DNA from: a virus
Strand: one strand, 5' to 3'
Length of the DNA: 29,779 nt
UHGV virus genome: UHGV-1366609
Below the pieces are notes generated by a model. It was not told the DNA's origin. It did not search any database and worked only from the letters and a program-made list of their open reading frames with translations. Shown in pieces: positions 1 through 8,920 of this stretch (within the stretch, counting starts at the first letter, position 1; each line of letters starts with the position of its first letter). A program made the position numbers and the translations under genes.

Positions 1-1510
1 AACCGGAACCCACTGGCGCCCAATTCTGAATAATCATTGTTGTGTTGTTATGCGCCCTGACGTTCATGCTGGCATTCGTACCATCTGCCCCGCGACACCC
101 CATCGCCATCAGGCAGGCATAAGGAAATGCCGTGTGGAAATTGTAACCACCTGACGATCCTGGCGGGGTACTGGTGACACCCCACATAAAAATCAGATTA
201 ATAAACGCCCCGGATGTTGCCTGCACAGGAAACTTACACATTCCCGATCCAGACAGATGCGCGGTAAAAGCGGCGGCGGGTAATACCTGTCCTGGCATGA
301 CACCAACATCTTTTGTTGCAGCATCTCCCAGCGTCAGATGCCTGAGAACGGATGCCACATCCCCTTTACTTAGCAATTCACGCGCAAATCCTGTCAAAGC
401 GCTCATGCCAACCGTATTTTTCCCGGTAAACCACGGAAACATGTCCTTTTTCGTGACAAGATCGGCAAGCGCAGTTAACAGGGGGTTCGCCAGCTGTCTT
501 TTATTGGCGTTCTCGTTAACCTGCTTAACCGCTGCGGGCGTTGCGGCCAGTTTTTCGGAATCGCTGTCCGTTGCACTGCTTAACTGTACAAAACCCTTTT
601 CGCTGGTTGATGCATCAGGATGATTTCTGGATTGCTCATGCTTTTTTAGCGCATCGCTGGCCGCCTGGTCATTCAGCGTGCCTTTCGGGCGTAAATCTGT
701 GATATTGCCAGCGGCATCAATACTGGCGAGTGCAAAGACATAATGCTGCACTCCGCCCAGCACATAATCGGCAAGATCTGCCGCAACGGTAATGTTGCTC
801 TGTACTGCCCATTCACTCGTTAAGGTCCCTGTCCAGCAGACATCAAGCCAGACCTTTGTTGGCCTGGCGGATGCGGTGATGTTCAGGTCTGCGGGCAGCT
901 CAGCACGCAACCCGGCAACGTATCCCGCCCCCTTTGTGACAAAAAACTGATTGCCGGACTTTGCGACCAGGTAACCCGAATCAAAAAATGCCGCTGCGCC
1001 ATACAGATCGATATTTTCGCGGCGCTGGCGCTCATCCATTGCCGCCAGGCGGGCAGTAAAATCAATCTGCCATGTCTCTGCCGGGGTGGTAATTTCTGTT
1101 GCTTCCCTGGCTCCGCTGTATTCCATCAGCATGGAACGAACCAGCACGTTTCCCTGCTGGCCGTTCGTATTTTTGATTTTGCGCTGGGTCGGGGCGTGAA
1201 TAATCATCGCCAGTGTACCGGTGGCTTTATTTGCCAGTCCGATCCAGTTGAAATCATAATCGCCCACATCCGCACCCAGAGTGACGGAATAAACGACAGA
1301 ATTTTCATTCACAACGCCGGTTTTACTTACCGGCAGGCGATCAACAATTTTATCCGCTGTGGGTATTGTCTCGGTATTATCAATCGGCTTATCAGTATCC
1401 AGCCCCGGAATATAAGCGAAAATAAATTCATCCAGCGTGACGGGCTGATTATCAATTGCCTGCCGGGCTTTCCATTCTGAAAATACTTTTGTAATAACGG
1501 CCTGTGACAT
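1..1510 (-). CDS. Tail fibre protein, N-terminal about 503 aa (partial; ORF runs off the left edge of the window)
   Basis: Hand translation of the minus strand from ATG at 1510..1508 gives MSQAVITKVFSEWKARQAIDNQPVTLDEFIFAYIPGLDTDKPIDN... with no stop before position 1. Contains HEQSRNHPDASTSEKGFVQLSSATDSDSEKLAATPAAVK and DMFPWFTGKNTVGMSALTGFAREL, which closely resemble conserved blocks of P2 gpH as I recall them. Not in the supplied ORF track because it lacks an in-window stop. Confidence 0.8.
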   Translation of the reverse strand, partial: MSQAVITKVFSEWKARQAIDNQPVTLDEFIFAYIPGLDTDKPIDNTETIPTADKIVDRLPVSKTGVVNENSVVYSVTLGADVGDYDFNWIGLANKATGTLAMIIHAPTQRKIKNTNGQQGNVLVRSMLMEYSGAREATEITTPAETWQIDFTARLAAMDERQRRENIDLYGAAAFFDSGYLVAKSGNQFFVTKGAGYVAGLRAELPADLNITASARPTKVWLDVCWTGTLTSEWAVQSNITVAADLADYVLGGVQHYVFALASIDAAGNITDLRPKGTLNDQAASDALKKHEQSRNHPDASTSEKGFVQLSSATDSDSEKLAATPAAVKQVNENANKRQLANPLLTALADLVTKKDMFPWFTGKNTVGMSALTGFARELLSKGDVASVLRHLTLGDAATKDVGVMPGQVLPAAAFTAHLSGSGMCKFPVQATSGAFINLIFMWGVTSTPPGSSGGYNFHTAFPYACLMAMGCRGADGTNASMNVRAHNNTTMIIQNWAPVGSG

Positions 1511-1521
1511 AGGTCTTTCCT

Positions 1522-2121
1522 CTACTTCAAACTTGCGCTATATGTTGCTTCTGACTGGTTATTCACATCACCCAGGGTGGCGGGCCAGCAAATATATTCC
1601 CCCTGATACCAGCCAATATTGATATTCAGTGGCACGGCATTGATTACCTCAAAGCGGTAACGTCGGCAGGTGCGCCCGTATTTACGAATAATTTCCAGCA
1701 GGAGATCACTGTTGCTTGCTATCTGGCGATCTGTCACGCGAACGACAATTACGTCCCAGTCAAGCCCATCCTGCCGCTCCAGTAATTCAACGTAACCAAT
1801 CCCCAGCCGCTCAAAAATGGCGACAAATCCCGCCACTTCTCCGGCCTGCTGAGCATTAATAAATGCGTAGTTCACCCGTTTACGGAAAATGTCGATTGGC
1901 TCACCCTTAAACCGGGTAATATCACGTTCCCAGGCAATCAGATTTAACAACGGCTCGGGGCAGACCAGCGGGTCAAACTGTTTTAACGGCCAGGTGATCC
2001 ACCCGTACACCTGCGACCAGAATTTTACGCAGGCACGCAGCAGCCTGGCAGGGTCGCCTTTATTCATCCACGACGGTAATTTAAGATCGGCAAGCGACTT
2101 CAAAAACTCAGTCATTCTCAA
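1522..2121 (-). CDS. Baseplate wedge protein, P2 gpI-like (tail protein I family)
   Basis: 199 aa ORF immediately upstream of the fibre gene and downstream of the J-like gene; size and position match P2 gpI. Start may be the Met at residue 3. Confidence 0.5.
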   Translation of the reverse strand: MRMTEFLKSLADLKLPSWMNKGDPARLLRACVKFWSQVYGWITWPLKQFDPLVCPEPLLNLIAWERDITRFKGEPIDIFRKRVNYAFINAQQAGEVAGFVAIFERLGIGYVELLERQDGLDWDVIVVRVTDRQIASNSDLLLEIIRKYGRTCRRYRFEVINAVPLNINIGWYQGEYICWPATLGDVNNQSEATYSASLK

Positions 2122-3292
2122 TCTCCACCGTTAACCCTGACAGGCGCGGGACCGACAGTTCGCTGACGATATCCGTCAGCGAAAAATGCAGGGAATCGAC
2201 AACCGGAAAAGTCTTGTGGATCTCGCGGCCCAGATTCGAAAAGGAATAGCGCGAATAGGGTTGCGTCTTTTTTACGTCGTAATTGGCGTTCTCGCGAAAT
2301 GCGCAACGAATCAGGTCGGTAATACCGGTTTTTAACCTGCTCAGATCTTCCGCTTCCATGTTTTCCACGCTTTTGACGTAGACCGTCACCGCCAGGGTGT
2401 GGCTGGTTTCTGGCATGGCATAACACTGCAGATCGTCACCGTGTCCGTGGTGGCCCTGGGTATTCACATAATCGTTAACCGCATCAATAAAGGGTTGCGA
2501 TGCTTCGCCGGTATCCAGTAACAGGTAAGCATTTGCCGTACCCGGCCCTCGTGGGGCATCGTGCAAAAAGTAAATGCGATCAACGCTCAGCCCCAGAACG
2601 CTGGCAATCATGCTCCGGTAGATAGCGTCAGAGTGGTAATTCCCCACCAGATTAAACTGGTTGCGGGTGCGGTCGCGTAGCTCGTCGTCGCTTTCTTCAT
2701 TCGCCCCCGGCGTAATCAGCCATTCGTCCTCATTAACCACGCTGGCGATCCCGGCCACTTCAACGGGTAAGATCCGGTAATAGCCCGGCGCAAGGTTGTA
2801 GCCGCTGCCGGTGCCAGTCGCTGTAACGGGAACAAGGCCACTTTCAACCCCGGCAGGCAGTGTCACGTCTTCATTCACGGCCAGTACATAAACCACGCCG
2901 TTAATGCGCTCCGTTTGCACCAGTGTTCCGGCAGGCACAACGACCGCATCCGCCGCATTCAGCTTATAGAACCGAAGCACGCCATCGGCAGCACTGGCCG
3001 CTTTAGGCACGATATGAACTGCCCAGGCCAACAGGCGCAACATGGGACCGGTGGCCGTCGCAACAAACATGTTGCGCAGAACCACATCGATCAGCGCCGC
3101 ACGCAGCCATAACACCGGCGTGGTGACAATCTTCGAAATCAGCCGCCAGAAAGGTGACATCCTCGACGTGTTTGTGACAAATCCTTCCGCCTGCACGGTG
3201 GCTTTAAATGCCGCCGTAATCTCGGCCTCTGTCGCGGGCATCCCGCTGTCATTCAGTACCTTTTCAAAATCAACGTCGGGTTTCTCAGTCAT
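2108..3292 (-). CDS. Baseplate J-like protein (gp6/gp47/P2 gpJ family)
   Basis: About 395 aa. Start chosen at ATG 3292..3290 (MTEKPDV...), which has AGAGG 7 nt upstream and overlaps the upstream stop as ATGACTGA. Position between the W-like gene and the I-like gene. Confidence 0.5.
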   Translation of the reverse strand: MTEKPDVDFEKVLNDSGMPATEAEITAAFKATVQAEGFVTNTSRMSPFWRLISKIVTTPVLWLRAALIDVVLRNMFVATATGPMLRLLAWAVHIVPKAASAADGVLRFYKLNAADAVVVPAGTLVQTERINGVVYVLAVNEDVTLPAGVESGLVPVTATGTGSGYNLAPGYYRILPVEVAGIASVVNEDEWLITPGANEESDDELRDRTRNQFNLVGNYHSDAIYRSMIASVLGLSVDRIYFLHDAPRGPGTANAYLLLDTGEASQPFIDAVNDYVNTQGHHGHGDDLQCYAMPETSHTLAVTVYVKSVENMEAEDLSRLKTGITDLIRCAFRENANYDVKKTQPYSRYSFSNLGREIHKTFPVVDSLHFSLTDIVSELSVPRLSGLTVEIEND

Positions 3293-3620
3293 AGTTAACC
3301 TCTGTACCGACAGGGCCGAAATCGTAGGTTTCCGCCGTGACATACAACCGCGAAAGGGTTTCTTCGGTGATCACTATGGTTCCTGGGACCAGACGTTCGT
3401 CGCTTTCCACCAATAAGGACAGTTGCGTCAGCACGTCACCGCGCATTGTCGGGCTGCGTTCACCGATCAGGCGGGTGGTGATACCGCTTTCCAGAATGCT
3501 GTGAATAATGTCCTGGGTGATGCTGTCGCGGTTATCGCAACGGCGCGGCTCGTTGCCGCTGTCCAGCGTGAAATCACCGTCAGTGATCAAAAGGTCGATG
3601 TATAACGGTTCGGTACTCAT
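3285..3620 (-). CDS. Small baseplate/tail protein, possibly gpW/gp25-like
   Basis: 111 aa; its ATG overlaps the tape-measure stop (ATGA at 3617..3620). Segment ITQDIIHSILESGITTRLIGER loosely resembles the gp25/gpW core IxQSIxxILxTxxGxR. Confidence 0.35.
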   Translation of the reverse strand: MSTEPLYIDLLITDGDFTLDSGNEPRRCDNRDSITQDIIHSILESGITTRLIGERSPTMRGDVLTQLSLLVESDERLVPGTIVITEETLSRLYVTAETYDFGPVGTEVNYD

Positions 3621-5731
3621 CCTGCGTTAAGCTCCTGCCATTCAGCCAACTGGGCCGGGGTGATTCCATTGGGGGCGTTGATGTAGGTATCGCCCCACGA
3701 TTTACGGTTATCAACGGCGGTTTTGCTGTCGGTTTTAACCTGACTCATCAGGCCGCCGCGTGGGATGTCTGCATTAATTCGGTTCCCCGTCAGCACTGAC
3801 GGGCTGTTCAGCTTCGACGAACCTGCAGCACTGTCAGGAATGACCGCGTTTGCCGGAACGGCAGCCGCTGCCGGTGGCGAAACGGTTTTCAGGTCGATGT
3901 TGACGCCGGGGATCTTGTTTAGCTTCTCCACAATCCAGTTATAGGTAGACGCAAAGGTATTTTTGAGGACGTCAAAAAGTTTGCTGAATACCCCGCCGAT
4001 GGTTTGTGCGAACCCTTCAAAGGTGGCAAGCGGGGAAAGACCGGCAAAGAAATCAACCACCACGGCCCAGCCGTCAGTGATGGACTGCCAGACCTGCGCA
4101 AACACCTGGCCCACCTGTTCAGCGACCGACATCACCCAGGCAAAAGCCGACGTATCCATGATTGCTGTCGCAAGTTCTTCCCAGTGGGTGATGACGTACC
4201 AGACCCCCACGGCCAGAAGCGCCAGCCCGGCAATGATCAGGGTGATCGGACTCATCAGGAGTTGCATTGCCGCCCCGGCAAACATGGTCGCCGCACCGTA
4301 AACCCGCATGGCAATGGCCCCGGCCTTTAACGCGATATTCCATGCAGCAAGCGCGATGCGGCAGACGCCCGTCCACAGCGCCAGTAATTTTGACTGGATC
4401 CACAATGCAGCCAGACCGATGCGCGTCGTCAGCAGGGACGGACGCAACAGGTTGAGCGTCCATAACAGTAGTTTCCATGCGCCGCCCAGTACCTTAGCGA
4501 TTGCAGCCAGCCCCGTCATGGTGAAGCCAAAGACCCCCATCACGATATTGACCGCCGCCCCGGCCAGCCCGAATGACAACACGCCCAGGGTGATGTACCC
4601 CAGCCAGCGGGCAATATTCGGGAACATATCCAGCCAGCGGGCAAATTTTGTCCCCACGTCGGCAATACGGTTCATCAGCGGTGACAGGATAGGGATCAGC
4701 GTGTTACCAATCGCCGCGCGAATGGCAAAGAATGTCGCTTTGATACGTTCCCACGGCTCGGCCATTCGTTCGGCCATTTCCTGGGCGCGTTTCATCCCGT
4801 CATTTCGGCCCAGTTCGGTGATGCTGCGGTTTAATTTATCCTGCTGACCGTACAGCTTTTTGATAACGTCAGCACCACCACCGAACGCGGCGTCCAGCGC
4901 CTGTTGTGCCTTGACGTTTCCTTCAATGCTCTGCCCGTATTTGCTCTGAAGTTTTTGCAGAATGTCACCCATCGGCAGCATTTTTCCGGTGGCATCGACA
5001 AAGCTCATACCCAGCTTTTCAGCGGCAGCCGGGGCGCTGCGTAAAAACTGCTCGTAGATCCCGCTGGCCTCAGTACCCAGCGTGCGCGAAAGCGTACCCA
5101 GGACGGCGAACTGTTCATCCAGGCTGACGCCAAAGTCAGCACCGGCGCTTTTCGTCCCCTCGATAAGCTCCTGCATGGTCTGCATTTTCACGCCGAAGTT
5201 TTGCACCATGTACGCCGTTTTCCCTGCCAGCTCTTCGGCAAAACGTACATGGCCCAGACTGGACAACTCCGCGTTGAAGCGTGACGCCATCGCGCCGATG
5301 TATTCGCCTGCCTCTTCGCCGCTGGCCTTGACGCCTGCGGCCAGGGTATTGGCCGCGATGGTGACGCGGGGCAGGTCCATATCGGACAGGCCCGCCATTG
5401 CGCCTTTCATCGCATAGCTTGACCGGACCACATCAACGGCCCCTTTGCCGTAGCGCATACTGAATCGCATGGCTTCACCGGACAGACGCTTCAGCGCATC
5501 CTCTGCCACGCCTTTGGAACCCACTTCTGCGAGTGCGGCGTTCATCTCATACGCCGGACCCACCACGCCCGCGATGGACTGCGCCACGCCCCAGACAGCC
5601 GCCGCACCGATCCCAATTTTTGTAAAAGACGCCTGCGATTTTTCGGCAAAGCCGGACAGCGAAGACTGGGCCGTCTTTAATGGCCGCGTCAGCTTATCGA
5701 TCAGGCTCAGGGTAAAATCCAGGTGACTCAT
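3617..5731 (-). CDS. Tail tape measure protein
   Basis: 704 aa, Ala/Gly-rich with helical N-terminal half and a block of hydrophobic segments (residues about 380-520). Lies directly downstream of the frameshifted chaperone gene. Confidence 0.85.
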   Translation of the reverse strand: MSHLDFTLSLIDKLTRPLKTAQSSLSGFAEKSQASFTKIGIGAAAVWGVAQSIAGVVGPAYEMNAALAEVGSKGVAEDALKRLSGEAMRFSMRYGKGAVDVVRSSYAMKGAMAGLSDMDLPRVTIAANTLAAGVKASGEEAGEYIGAMASRFNAELSSLGHVRFAEELAGKTAYMVQNFGVKMQTMQELIEGTKSAGADFGVSLDEQFAVLGTLSRTLGTEASGIYEQFLRSAPAAAEKLGMSFVDATGKMLPMGDILQKLQSKYGQSIEGNVKAQQALDAAFGGGADVIKKLYGQQDKLNRSITELGRNDGMKRAQEMAERMAEPWERIKATFFAIRAAIGNTLIPILSPLMNRIADVGTKFARWLDMFPNIARWLGYITLGVLSFGLAGAAVNIVMGVFGFTMTGLAAIAKVLGGAWKLLLWTLNLLRPSLLTTRIGLAALWIQSKLLALWTGVCRIALAAWNIALKAGAIAMRVYGAATMFAGAAMQLLMSPITLIIAGLALLAVGVWYVITHWEELATAIMDTSAFAWVMSVAEQVGQVFAQVWQSITDGWAVVVDFFAGLSPLATFEGFAQTIGGVFSKLFDVLKNTFASTYNWIVEKLNKIPGVNIDLKTVSPPAAAAVPANAVIPDSAAGSSKLNSPSVLTGNRINADIPRGGLMSQVKTDSKTAVDNRKSWGDTYINAPNGITPAQLAEWQELNAG

Positions 5732-5732
5732 A

Positions 5733-6190
5733 TCAGTTTCCGTTAAATGCGATTGCTATCCCTTCCGCCGTCTTACTGGCGCGGGTCTGGGCGAAATATT
5801 CATCCAGCCACAGGGCGCGGGCGATGCTTTCTTCGTCGTCGTCTTCGTGCGGGAGGTAATAGCGGCGCAGGGCAAGGTATTGCTCAAGCGCATTCTTGCG
5901 AATGGCCGCCACCCGCGCCGTCAGTTTTTTACTTCGATCTCAAGTTTGGGGGAGTAAATCTCGTTCACCTTCTCGACGATCTGCATTTCGCAACCCGGAT
6001 AATCTTCCATCAGCTTGTTGAGCGACTCTTTACACTCGGCATCAACAATGCGGCCCAGATACGTCACCATAGGGGCAACCTTATTGGTCATGGTCATTTC
6101 GTTAAGCAGGTTGTTGAACGCGGTTTTATTCGGCTCAAAGCTCAGATTTACGCCCGCCACGGTCATGGCGATTTTTTTCGGTTTACTCAT
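5733..6190 (-). CDS. Tail assembly chaperone, -1 frameshifted fusion (GT/E+E'-like) product
   Basis: Hand translation of the -1 frame from the slip site gives a 61-codon stop-free extension LTARVAAIRKNALEQYLALRRYYLPHEDDDEESIARALWLDEYFAQTRASKTAEGIAIAFNGN, ending TGA at 5735..5733, one nucleotide before the tape-measure ATG (5731..5729). Confidence 0.65.
5921..6190 (-). CDS. Tail assembly chaperone, short (G/E-like) product
   Basis: 89 aa ORF ending ...SPKLEIEVKN; its last codons form the slippery heptamer A AAA AAC directly before the stop. Confidence 0.7.
   Translation of the reverse strand: MSKPKKIAMTVAGVNLSFEPNKTAFNNLLNEMTMTNKVAPMVTYLGRIVDAECKESLNKLMEDYPGCEMQIVEKVNEIYSPKLEIEVKN
5924..5930 (-). 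other. Programmed -1 ribosomal frameshift slippery heptamer A AAA AAC
   Basis: Minus-strand sequence gtA AAA AAC TGA at the end of the chaperone ORF; canonical X XXY YYZ heptamer in the zero frame. Confidence 0.65.
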
Positions 6191-6483
6191 TGTGCTAATT
6201 CCTTACGTTGTCGAATGTTGCCCACCAGGGCGTTATGTCGGGCGGCGCAGTCGGTATACATCTGCCGGTAGGCTGTCAGCGCCGCGTCAAAGTCATTTCC
6301 GGTCGGTCCGGCCAGACGTGGCAGCGTGACCGGGCAAAGTGTCAGCTGGTTTTCCTGATAATTCTCGTTCGGCTTGATCTGCACTTTCGTTGAACAACCG
6401 GACGTAATCATCAGAAGCGCAAAGGTTGCTAAAAACCGGCTTAATGATTTCTGTGCGGATTTCCCGTTCCGTGTGTCTTTCAT
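6187..6483 (-). CDS. Outer-membrane spanin (Rz1/LysC-like lipoprotein), overlapped arrangement
   Basis: 98 aa. Basic N-region, hydrophobic stretch FLATFALLMITSG then Cys (lipobox-like). Mature part is short, Pro-rich with extra Cys. Starts inside the i-spanin gene in another frame and extends past its stop. Confidence 0.6.
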   Translation of the reverse strand: MKDTRNGKSAQKSLSRFLATFALLMITSGCSTKVQIKPNENYQENQLTLCPVTLPRLAGPTGNDFDAALTAYRQMYTDCAARHNALVGNIRQRKELAQ

Positions 6484-6676
6484 TGGCTTTTAGCCCCGCA
6501 AGTTTTGCTTCCAGCGCTTCGCCAGACTTTTGCGTTACTTCAACGACAATCTGGCGCGTTTGTTCTGCCGCTTCACTGGCAGCGAGTTTCAGCTTTGCGT
6601 CGTGCCAGTCATGCGCCTGCCAGCCCGCTGACATTGCAGCGGCCAGAATCAGCAAAAGACCCAGCAGATTGCGCAT
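6293..6676 (-). CDS. Inner-membrane spanin (Rz/LysB-like)
   Basis: 127 aa. N-terminal transmembrane segment LLGLLLILAAAMSAGW followed by a charged, Ala/Glu/Lys-rich helical region. Confidence 0.6.
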   Translation of the reverse strand: MRNLLGLLLILAAAMSAGWQAHDWHDAKLKLAASEAAEQTRQIVVEVTQKSGEALEAKLAGLKANERHTEREIRTEIIKPVFSNLCASDDYVRLFNESADQAERELSGKPADTLPGHAATSGRTDRK

Positions 6677-7014
6677 CAGCGAACCCCGTTATGCTCAAGA
6701 CTGAAATGGTTGCCGTCCGGCTTACTGAAACGGCCACCCCACGATCCGCCGATAGATTCCCAGTATTCGCCCAGGGGGCGATATGCGGCGCTGTCGGTCT
6801 GGTATTCGCCGTTAATAAACAGGTTAAAATCCACCGCAAGGCGCTGGGTATGCAGGCTGTTAGTAATGCCGCTCCCTTTTTTTGCGTTAAGCGCGGCCTG
6901 TTCCGGCGTGCGGTACGCTTCGCCAAACGTCAGGCGATAGCCTTTTTCCTGGGCAAAATGAATCAGGCTGGCGATCATCACCGTAAAAAGTTGCTGTTTT
7001 TCACTCAGTTTCAT
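6676..7014 (-). CDS. Endolysin, zinc metallopeptidase of the M15/LAS type
   Basis: 112 aa. SLHTQRLAVDF (His...Asp) and C-terminal GNHFSLEH (His) match the H-x6-D ... H zinc-ligand pattern of small M15 endolysins. Flanked by holin and spanins. Confidence 0.65.
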   Translation of the reverse strand: MKLSEKQQLFTVMIASLIHFAQEKGYRLTFGEAYRTPEQAALNAKKGSGITNSLHTQRLAVDFNLFINGEYQTDSAAYRPLGEYWESIGGSWGGRFSKPDGNHFSLEHNGVR

Positions 7015-7312
7015 TGCGCTTGCTCCCCCATCGCTTGATATACATGTCCAGGCAGCGCTTTAGCCCCGCCTCAATAAACGCACTTCCCAGAATGCCCAGG
7101 GCGCAGGCCAGCCCAATGACGACCAGTTCCGGCATATCGGGGAATTTCAGCAGCGGGATTGCGGCCAGCGGTGCGACCGCAGATCCCAGAATCATCCGCC
7201 CGACCAGCAGACGGGTTGTGATTCGCTCATTGCTGACCATCAGTTGCCCCAGGCCAATCACGGCCCCGATAAGCAACAGCTTTTCAAGCAGTGACGTTTC
7301 TCCGTTCATCAT
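7001..7312 (-). CDS. Putative holin
   Basis: 103 aa with three hydrophobic segments and a charged C-terminal tail KRCLDMYIKRWGSKRNETE. Sits immediately upstream of the endolysin and overlaps it. Confidence 0.5.
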   Translation of the reverse strand: MMNGETSLLEKLLLIGAVIGLGQLMVSNERITTRLLVGRMILGSAVAPLAAIPLLKFPDMPELVVIGLACALGILGSAFIEAGLKRCLDMYIKRWGSKRNETE

Positions 7313-7316
7313 CGTG

Positions 7317-7772
7317 TCAGCCTTTCAAATCGCGAGTGTCGCGGGCTGACAGGTACGGCACGCCGTCAATCGCGACAAAGTCCGGGCTTGTCACCATGAA
7401 TTTAATTTTCTTCGTGGTTTTGCTGGCCTCGTTGGGGTTGATGTTGACGATGTCGGACAGCGTCGGAACGCAGCCAAACACCTCGATTTTTTCTTCGTCG
7501 TCCCCCGCATTGGCGTAGAACAAAAAGTCCTTTGCCGGAATGGCCCGCCAGGAACCTGCGGCGCGGGCCACGGCGGTAAACTTTTTAAAGTTCTGGGAAT
7601 CGACTTCGACTTCCACATCCGCCGAAACTGACCCTTTCGTGTGGCCGTTTGGGATGCCACGCGACTGCGCAACCGCGCTGTTATCCGTGATGGTGACGGT
7701 GGCGTTTTCGACGTGAATCATGATGGCGTCGTAGTTCACATCGAACGATCCGCCGCTGATACGTTCAGTCAT
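7317..7772 (-). CDS. Putative tail tube protein
   Basis: 151 aa ORF directly downstream of the sheath-sized gene and upstream of the chaperone/tape-measure block. No resemblance to P2 FII noticed. Confidence 0.5.
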   Translation of the reverse strand: MTERISGGSFDVNYDAIMIHVENATVTITDNSAVAQSRGIPNGHTKGSVSADVEVEVDSQNFKKFTAVARAAGSWRAIPAKDFLFYANAGDDEEKIEVFGCVPTLSDIVNINPNEASKTTKKIKFMVTSPDFVAIDGVPYLSARDTRDLKG

Positions 7773-7775
7773 TGA

Positions 7776-8918
7776 TTAGCTCTCCAGTGAGGTGTCCAGT
7801 TCGATGCTGACGCTGATTTCTTTCGCGCTCTCATACGGTCGAACCACAAGGTAAATCTGTACCGCTTCGCTACTGGTCCAGGTGATGGTGATGTCACCGT
7901 CTTTTGGCGGCTTCACTTCGCCCGGAAATTCGACGCCATTGATCTGGGTTGAAATCGCCATTTCACGCAGCGGCTTGCCGAAATAGGTTTCATGCGCGGC
8001 GATACTGCCCGGTGTGCTGTTCAGTGAACGATCGGCAATTTTTGGGATTGCACGCAGACGGACGCGGCGGGAGGCTTTATCAACCACGCGCACGTTTTCA
8101 ATCACCTGATAATCACCGCCTTCAACGTCCAGGGTGCGACCGTCGGCCCAGTAGATGCCGTCATAATCGTGATACCACATCGGCACGCTGTAGCGGTTCG
8201 CCTGCAAAGACTGCAGCACGGCCAGATCAATTTCGGCTCCCGTCCCGTCAACCGGCAGGCCGTCGCGTCCCAGCGCGGTGACTGCGCCGGTTGCAACGCG
8301 GGCGGGGCTGTCTGCCACCGTCACCGAACGGTTACACAAGCGACCGACCAGGACGCCGGGTTCATTGCCCCACAGACGCGGGACCAGTTGCACCCCAGGC
8401 GATGCAATACCGTCCTGGAGTGTTGCCAGGCGCGTCACATAGTCGCTCCACGCTTCGTCCTTTTCCGGCCCGCCCACAGCAAGGGCAAACCAGATAAAAC
8501 GCCCAAAACTGGCCTGTAAGGTGACGCGCATTTCCGTTGCCCGGTTAATGGTGGCCGCGTCGGCGGTATCAAATGCCAGGACAACCCCTTCGACGGATGC
8601 CACGCTCTGGGCCTGTTTGACCGCGTTCATCCAGTCCTCGTCTGGTTTGTAGCCCTCGGCTCCCTTGTCTGGCTCTGCCAGCACATGCACGTAAGCAAAC
8701 CAGTTCTGACCCGCGTTATTGGCCGCTGCGGCCACCATATTTTTTAACGGGCTGTCTTTGTCGCCCAGGGCTTTATCCAGATCGCTGCCGGTATTCAGCG
8801 ACTGGGTTTTCCCGATGTTAGTGTCGCCGTAACCCACAAAGAGGATGACGCGCTCGACGTCGTTCGTTGTGCCGTTGAAGCGGTTTTTCTGACTGACGTT
8901 GACATTCGTCCAGGTCAT
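7776..8918 (-). CDS. Putative contractile tail sheath protein
   Basis: 380 aa ORF in sheath-then-tube order, following the S-like completion gene. Sequence does not resemble P2 FI as I recall it, so the assignment rests on size and position. Confidence 0.5.
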   Translation of the reverse strand: MTWTNVNVSQKNRFNGTTNDVERVILFVGYGDTNIGKTQSLNTGSDLDKALGDKDSPLKNMVAAAANNAGQNWFAYVHVLAEPDKGAEGYKPDEDWMNAVKQAQSVASVEGVVLAFDTADAATINRATEMRVTLQASFGRFIWFALAVGGPEKDEAWSDYVTRLATLQDGIASPGVQLVPRLWGNEPGVLVGRLCNRSVTVADSPARVATGAVTALGRDGLPVDGTGAEIDLAVLQSLQANRYSVPMWYHDYDGIYWADGRTLDVEGGDYQVIENVRVVDKASRRVRLRAIPKIADRSLNSTPGSIAAHETYFGKPLREMAISTQINGVEFPGEVKPPKDGDITITWTSSEAVQIYLVVRPYESAKEISVSIELDTSLES

Positions 8919-8920
8919 TT

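Noticed and set aside
174-1480. Plus-strand ORFs 174..623 (149 aa) and 1196..1480 (94 aa)
   Set aside because: Both lie antisense inside the long minus-strand tail fibre reading frame, which has recognisable fibre motifs; they start with GTG or weak starts and have low-complexity composition.
3919-5726. Cluster of plus- and minus-strand ORFs (60-180 aa) inside the tape-measure gene
   Set aside because: All overlap the 704-aa tape-measure frame, are Arg/Pro/Ser-rich as expected for out-of-frame reading of GC-rich coding DNA, and lack ribosome-binding sites.
5747-6329. Plus-strand ORFs 5747..6271 (174 aa) and 6015..6329 (104 aa)
   Set aside because: Antisense to the tail assembly chaperone, its frameshift extension and the o-spanin; the minus-strand frameshift model accounts for this interval.
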